Notes under the pieces: generated by a model
The model's input: only the letters and a program-made list of their open reading frames with translations
What the model was told of the DNA's origin: nothing
Databases searched by the model: none
NCBI GenBank assembly: GCA_022842925.1
Contig: JALHOQ010000003.1
Coordinates: forward strand, 1 to 48,199
Length of the DNA: 48,199 nt
Direction: 5' to 3'
DNA from: Bdellovibrionales bacterium
GTDB lineage: Bacteria > Bdellovibrionota > Bdellovibrionia > Bdellovibrionales > UBA1609
Part shown: one piece after another, positions 44,463 through 48,199 of the stretch
Numbering within the stretch: the stretch's first letter is position 1
Layout: each line of letters starts with the position of its first letter
Translations under genes and position numbers: made by a program

Positions 44463-44612
44463 ATGGTACATAATGACGATCAAAAACGGAAGCAGCAGCA
44501 GTCGGATGAACAACAGCGTCCGAAGCAGAATACTCCGCAAGGCGGCAATCAACAGTCGCAACGAAAAGACCAGCCGAGCGACAGTGGGCAGAACCGCCAA
44601 GAGCGACGCTAG
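44463..44612 (+). CDS. small Q/K/R-rich hydrophilic protein (49 aa)
   Basis: ATG at 44463, 7 nt after AAGGAG. MVHNDDQKRKQQQSDEQQRPKQNTPQGGNQQSQRKDQPSDSGQNRQERR has no hydrophobic core. Confidence 0.4.
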   Translation: MVHNDDQKRKQQQSDEQQRPKQNTPQGGNQQSQRKDQPSDSGQNRQERR

Positions 44613-44766
44613 CTAAATTGAAAATCAAAACTTGGACGTTTTCCGTTGAGGGCCTTCACATTGAAGACCCTCGCGGTTTTTGCATCCCGTCATCCTGCCA
44701 ACTCAAATTGCATTCCCCACCACCCTAGATACAATTTCTTAAATTTCGGCAGGAGGAAGCTACTTG

Positions 44767-45330
44767 ATGAAACATCTTTTGTTCGCGGCTCTTTTGACTC
44801 TCTCGAGTGTGGCTCACGCCCAGTTGTCTGGCGGATCCGGATATAGCTCATCCTCGTCGGGCGGCATGTCCAGCACGGTTGAAGCAAAAGCATCCGCACA
44901 TAATTTCTCGGTTCTGGGTTCGATGAATCGCGGCGGCTTCGCCATCGGCGCGGGCTATGAATACATGTTCGACGGCGCCACCGGAGTCGGCGGTCACATC
45001 CGCACGTTTCCAAAGGAAACGGGCAATACGGCTGGCAATAATACAAATGGATACATGATCATCGGAGCTCAGCTGGCCCACCACTTTTATAAAAAGCGCT
45101 GGGACTTAGCATTCACACCTAGTTTTAACATTATCAGCATTGATTCGCGCACTGCCACTCCAGACGACACAACTACGATGGGTCCCGGCATGAGCATTTC
45201 GCTTCTTTGGCAGCTCACCGACCGCTTAGCACTCGGCTTCGACTACACGAATTACTGGGTTTGGCTCGAGGACGACTATGCAGGCCTCGTGATCTCAGAC
45301 ATGGCCGTAAAATTTAAAGCCGGATTTTGA
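44767..45330 (+). CDS. outer-membrane beta-barrel protein (187 aa)
   Basis: AGGAGGA RBS. Signal peptide MKHLLFAALLTLSSVAHA. Ends VKFKAGF with a terminal Phe. Confidence 0.7.
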   Translation: MKHLLFAALLTLSSVAHAQLSGGSGYSSSSSGGMSSTVEAKASAHNFSVLGSMNRGGFAIGAGYEYMFDGATGVGGHIRTFPKETGNTAGNNTNGYMIIGAQLAHHFYKKRWDLAFTPSFNIISIDSRTATPDDTTTMGPGMSISLLWQLTDRLALGFDYTNYWVWLEDDYAGLVISDMAVKFKAGF

Positions 45331-45340
45331 TAACGAGAAC

Positions 45341-45362
45341 GAGGTCGCGACGACGCGACCTC
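45341..45362. terminator. stem-loop between convergent genes
   Basis: GAGGTCGC-gacgac-GCGACCTC (8-bp stem) between the stops at 45330 (+) and 45400 (-). No clear U tract. Part of a 22-nt tandem repeat. Confidence 0.35.
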
Positions 45363-45399
45363 GCAATATTAAACGACGACGCGACCTCGCAATATCAAA

Positions 45400-47217
45400 T
45401 CAGGACACCTTCTGCAGTCCCCGCGTCCAATCGGCAATTCGCGACAACACACTCTGCGGCGTCTGAGCAAACTGGACGCCGTAGGCCTTGTTGGCCTCCG
45501 ACCACACCACTCGACCTGACACTTCGATTCTCTCTGAACCATCGGGCGAGGCAATCGCCATGGTGACGAGTCCGCCGTCTTGCATAAGGGCCGAAGTATT
45601 GACTTGAACCCCGCCGAGCGAGATCGAGCTGATCGAGCCGACCATTTCTTTGTCGCCGACCATAAGGCGAACATCGCTATGAATTTTGAAGCGCTCGTGC
45701 TTGCGGCGATTCGCGGGAGCGCGCAGGCGCATGATCACCAAAACCACGATCGGCGCAAGTAAGAGCACCACCACGGCACCGGCACCGCCCCACGGGGGCG
45801 TTTTCTCTGCCAAGGCCCGCACAGTCCCGCAACCGCCACCACCCGCCACATTCGAGGCGAGATCGCGATCGGCGGAATAGTTCACGGTATACCCAGGTTG
45901 ATTCGTGTCGATGGCCGCCGTCTTTGCGAAGTTCACGGCCAGTCCAGAATTCAAACGCCCACTGGTTTCAACCTGACCGTTCAATTGCGACACGGCCGTA
46001 TACTGTTGTTTCAGAATCGTTTTCATTTGATAGCCCAGCATTGTGGGCGCTTCGACTTTGATCTGCGCGGCGGTACCGGCGACAAAGGGCGCGGCCATTG
46101 AAGTGCCGCTTGAGGTGCCAAAGGCATCGTTCGGAACCGTACTTAATATAAAGACGCCGGGCGAACCCAGGTCCACTGTTTGGGCGCCGAAGTTGGAGAA
46201 GGAGGCTTTATAGTCGTAATCGGTTGTCGCAAGAATCGATATTACATTGGGTACGTCGTAGCTCGCCGGATACATGGGCGTTGAATCGTTATTCATGCCG
46301 GAGTTGCCGGCCGCGGCCACGAAGATCGCCTTACTATTATAGGTGAACGCAACCGCCTCGTGCAGAGCCGCGCTGTAGCTGGTGCCGCCCCAAGAGTTAT
46401 TAAGGACCGTGGCCCCATTGTTAACTGCATAGTAAATGGCGCGAATGGCATTGGAAGTCGTGCCCACGCCATTTCCATTTAAAAATTTGAGCGGCATGAT
46501 CTTGATGCGCGATTCTCTTAAGGGCGTCGCATAAATATTCTGATCAATGCTTAGAATAATACCCGACACATGCGTGCCGTGGCCGTCGTCGTCGTACATG
46601 GTGGGCGAATTGTCGACGAAGTTCCAACCGTGCCGATCGTCGACATAGCCATTGCCGTCGTCGTCGATGCCGTTGCCCGGGATCTCATCGTCATTGGTCC
46701 AGATGGCCTGCGAATCTTGAAACACGTAGTGGGTGGTGTCGAGGCCGGTGTCGATTACGGCGACGACGGGTTTCACGGCCGGCATCCCGGACGTCGAAGT
46801 CCAAACGGTTTGCACGCCGATATTGGCCCCGGTGGCCTGGTAATTTTGCGCGCTTACGGACGCCGTTTGAATCTGCTCGGCCGAAAAGGTCTCATGCATT
46901 CCCACCTGTTCGGTCGTCTTGCTAAAAATGTAATTTGGCTCAGCGTAAAGAACGTTGGGATCTTTTTTAAGGTCGGCCACCGCTTGCTCGACGGTTTGGC
47001 CCTTTTTTAGGGCGAAGTGATACATTTTCATTTTGCCCCAGGACTCTTTCAGCGCCATTTCCTTGTCCGAATGGGCTTTGCCGAGGAACGCATAGGAATC
47101 GCTAGAACCAGATTCGCTCTTGAGTTTTACGATGACTTCGCCGGGAACGTATTGCTGCGCGTGAACCGCGCCCACGTAGAGTATTAGATACGACAGAGAT
47201 ATAGCGAACTTAAGCAA
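45400..47217 (-). CDS. subtilisin-like S8 serine protease with I9 propeptide, one TM helix and a C-terminal PilZ domain
   Basis: Signal peptide MLKFAISLSYLILYVGAVHA. I9-like VPGEVIVKLK...LYAEPNYIF. Catalytic VAVIDTGLD, HGTHVSG and GTSMAAPFVAG. TM segment GAVVVLLLAPIVVLVIM. PilZ motifs RKHER (RxxxR) and SISLGG ((D/N)xSxxG with Ser in the first position). Confidence 0.85.
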   Translation of the reverse strand: MLKFAISLSYLILYVGAVHAQQYVPGEVIVKLKSESGSSDSYAFLGKAHSDKEMALKESWGKMKMYHFALKKGQTVEQAVADLKKDPNVLYAEPNYIFSKTTEQVGMHETFSAEQIQTASVSAQNYQATGANIGVQTVWTSTSGMPAVKPVVAVIDTGLDTTHYVFQDSQAIWTNDDEIPGNGIDDDGNGYVDDRHGWNFVDNSPTMYDDDGHGTHVSGIILSIDQNIYATPLRESRIKIMPLKFLNGNGVGTTSNAIRAIYYAVNNGATVLNNSWGGTSYSAALHEAVAFTYNSKAIFVAAAGNSGMNNDSTPMYPASYDVPNVISILATTDYDYKASFSNFGAQTVDLGSPGVFILSTVPNDAFGTSSGTSMAAPFVAGTAAQIKVEAPTMLGYQMKTILKQQYTAVSQLNGQVETSGRLNSGLAVNFAKTAAIDTNQPGYTVNYSADRDLASNVAGGGGCGTVRALAEKTPPWGGAGAVVVLLLAPIVVLVIMRLRAPANRRKHERFKIHSDVRLMVGDKEMVGSISSISLGGVQVNTSALMQDGGLVTMAIASPDGSERIEVSGRVVWSEANKAYGVQFAQTPQSVLSRIADWTRGLQKVS

Positions 47218-47302
47218 TCGACGTCCCTCGCTCTATATCTTATCGGACTAAGGTCCCGGATCTTTAGACTAAGAGCGAGGTTTCTCGATTTGAGACAAAG
47301 GC

Positions 47303-48186
47303 CTACTGTAACAAACGGGGATTACGTTGAACTGACGCCGCAGCTTCGACTTCCTTGGACCAATTCTCAATCAGATCCGAGCTTTTTCGAAACGCCACCA
47401 TCCGGTCGACCCCTTCGACTTCCGCGTTTTGATCTGGAACTTCTTTCCAAGAGACGACTTCGGCGACGAGGTAGCGGCCGCCCGAGTTGTCGACCAACTG
47501 GGTCACCAAGCCGCTCCCCTTGCCTTTGCGCAAGATCGCGCTGATCAGGGCCTTGCTGTCACCTAGCTTAGGGATGGTCACACTGGAAAGATCGAATTCG
47601 CCCGACTCCTGCCACTTTAAACCGGCCCGGCCGAGCCACGCTTCCACTTCGCCCTTGCTGCCCTTCTCGACCATGCTGCGCAGCTTGGTGACCATTTCGG
47701 GCTGCTTGGTTTTGAGAAGTAGTTTGCGGGCAATTTCGGCTTCAACAGCCGCCATCGGTTTTTTGCTCGAGGGGATTTTTTTGTCCACCATCACAATATG
47801 GTAGCCGAACGTGGTCGCAATCGGATCGCTGATTTGCCCTTCATTCATGGCGAAGGCGACCTTTTCGACTTCGGGAACACTGCGGCCGCGGGTCAGTTCA
47901 CCGATGTCGCCACCCTTGGTTTTTGAGCCCGGATCGTCACTGTTTTGAGCCGCCATCTGGGCGAAGTTTTCTTTGGTCAGCTGCTGGCGCAGAGCTGTCG
48001 CCACTTTTTTCGCTTCCGCTTCGGGGCGCTTATCGTCGATCCGCACGAAAATGTGGCGGGCTTTGACTTTTTCTTCATCGGTAAACTCGACGCCGTTGTC
48101 GTTGTAGTACTTTTCTACCTCGGCTTTGTTGGCCGCGAGATAGGCCTGCACGTCCCCAGCCTCGAGGAGCCCGGGTTTAAAAAAAT
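47303..48186 (-). CDS. PpiD/SurA-type parvulin peptidyl-prolyl isomerase, 5'-truncated by the contig end
   Basis: Parvulin domain VKARHIFVRI...GGDIGELTRG...FGYHIVMV. The frame stays open upstream of the GTG at 48151 to the window end. The last 13 nt of the window are adapter, so I stop the call at 48186. Confidence 0.75.
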
Positions 48187-48199
48187 AGATCGGAAGAGC
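48187..48199. other. Illumina adapter sequence at the contig terminus (non-biological)
   Basis: The window ends with AGATCGGAAGAGC, the canonical start of the Illumina TruSeq read-through adapter. Confidence 0.8.

Overview
This is a 48.2-kb contig end from a diderm (Gram-negative) bacterium of intermediate GC content. It is densely coded. I found no rRNA, tRNA, CRISPR array, transposase or integrase. I call about 55 CDS, and roughly two thirds start with a Sec-type signal peptide; there is also one lipoprotein and one Tat substrate. The window is therefore essentially an accessory secretome region, which fits a predatory or host-associated lifestyle (inference only).

Recognisable genes:
- M3 oligopeptidase (HEFGH motif)
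- HExxH metallopeptidase
- S1 trypsin-like protease, plus a decayed S1 copy
- S8 subtilisin fused through a TM helix to a C-terminal PilZ domain
- toxin-first RelE/HigB-like + XRE-HTH toxin-antitoxin pair
- class II Fic protein
- DUF2177-DUF2878-SDR trio
- truncated YdeI
- LysR regulator divergent from a small Tat-exported His-rich protein
- DUF2007 protein
- two-CxxCH cytochrome
- three small outer-membrane beta-barrels
- 5'-truncated PpiD/SurA-type parvulin at the right edge

Main hunt result: at least 11 otherwise unrelated exported proteins carry the same short module just after the predicted signal-peptide cleavage site, Cys-(acidic)-x-x-Leu. Several of these cargoes have activities that only make sense inside a cytoplasm: a 920-aa SF2 DEVH helicase, a sigma-70-like protein with a long coiled-coil tail, and a 566-aa protein ending in a RelE/ParE-like fold. 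I interpret this as a possible undescribed sorting or maturation tag for an effector arsenal. This is a hypothesis, not a demonstration.

Other signals:
- a bipartite REP/BIME-like palindrome family (CTCGGCCCGGGCCGAG and AACTCTGTACGTACAGAGTT) in at least 14 intergenic sites
- several recent segmental duplications: a 293-bp repeat pair, 200-bp direct repeats flanking the TA module, a duplicated pseudopilin-like domain cassette, and paralogous 117-aa genes
- paired palindromic operators upstream of fic
- an Illumina adapter (AGATCGGAAGAGC) forming the last 13 bases of the window

All family calls are made by eye from motifs, and no searches were run.
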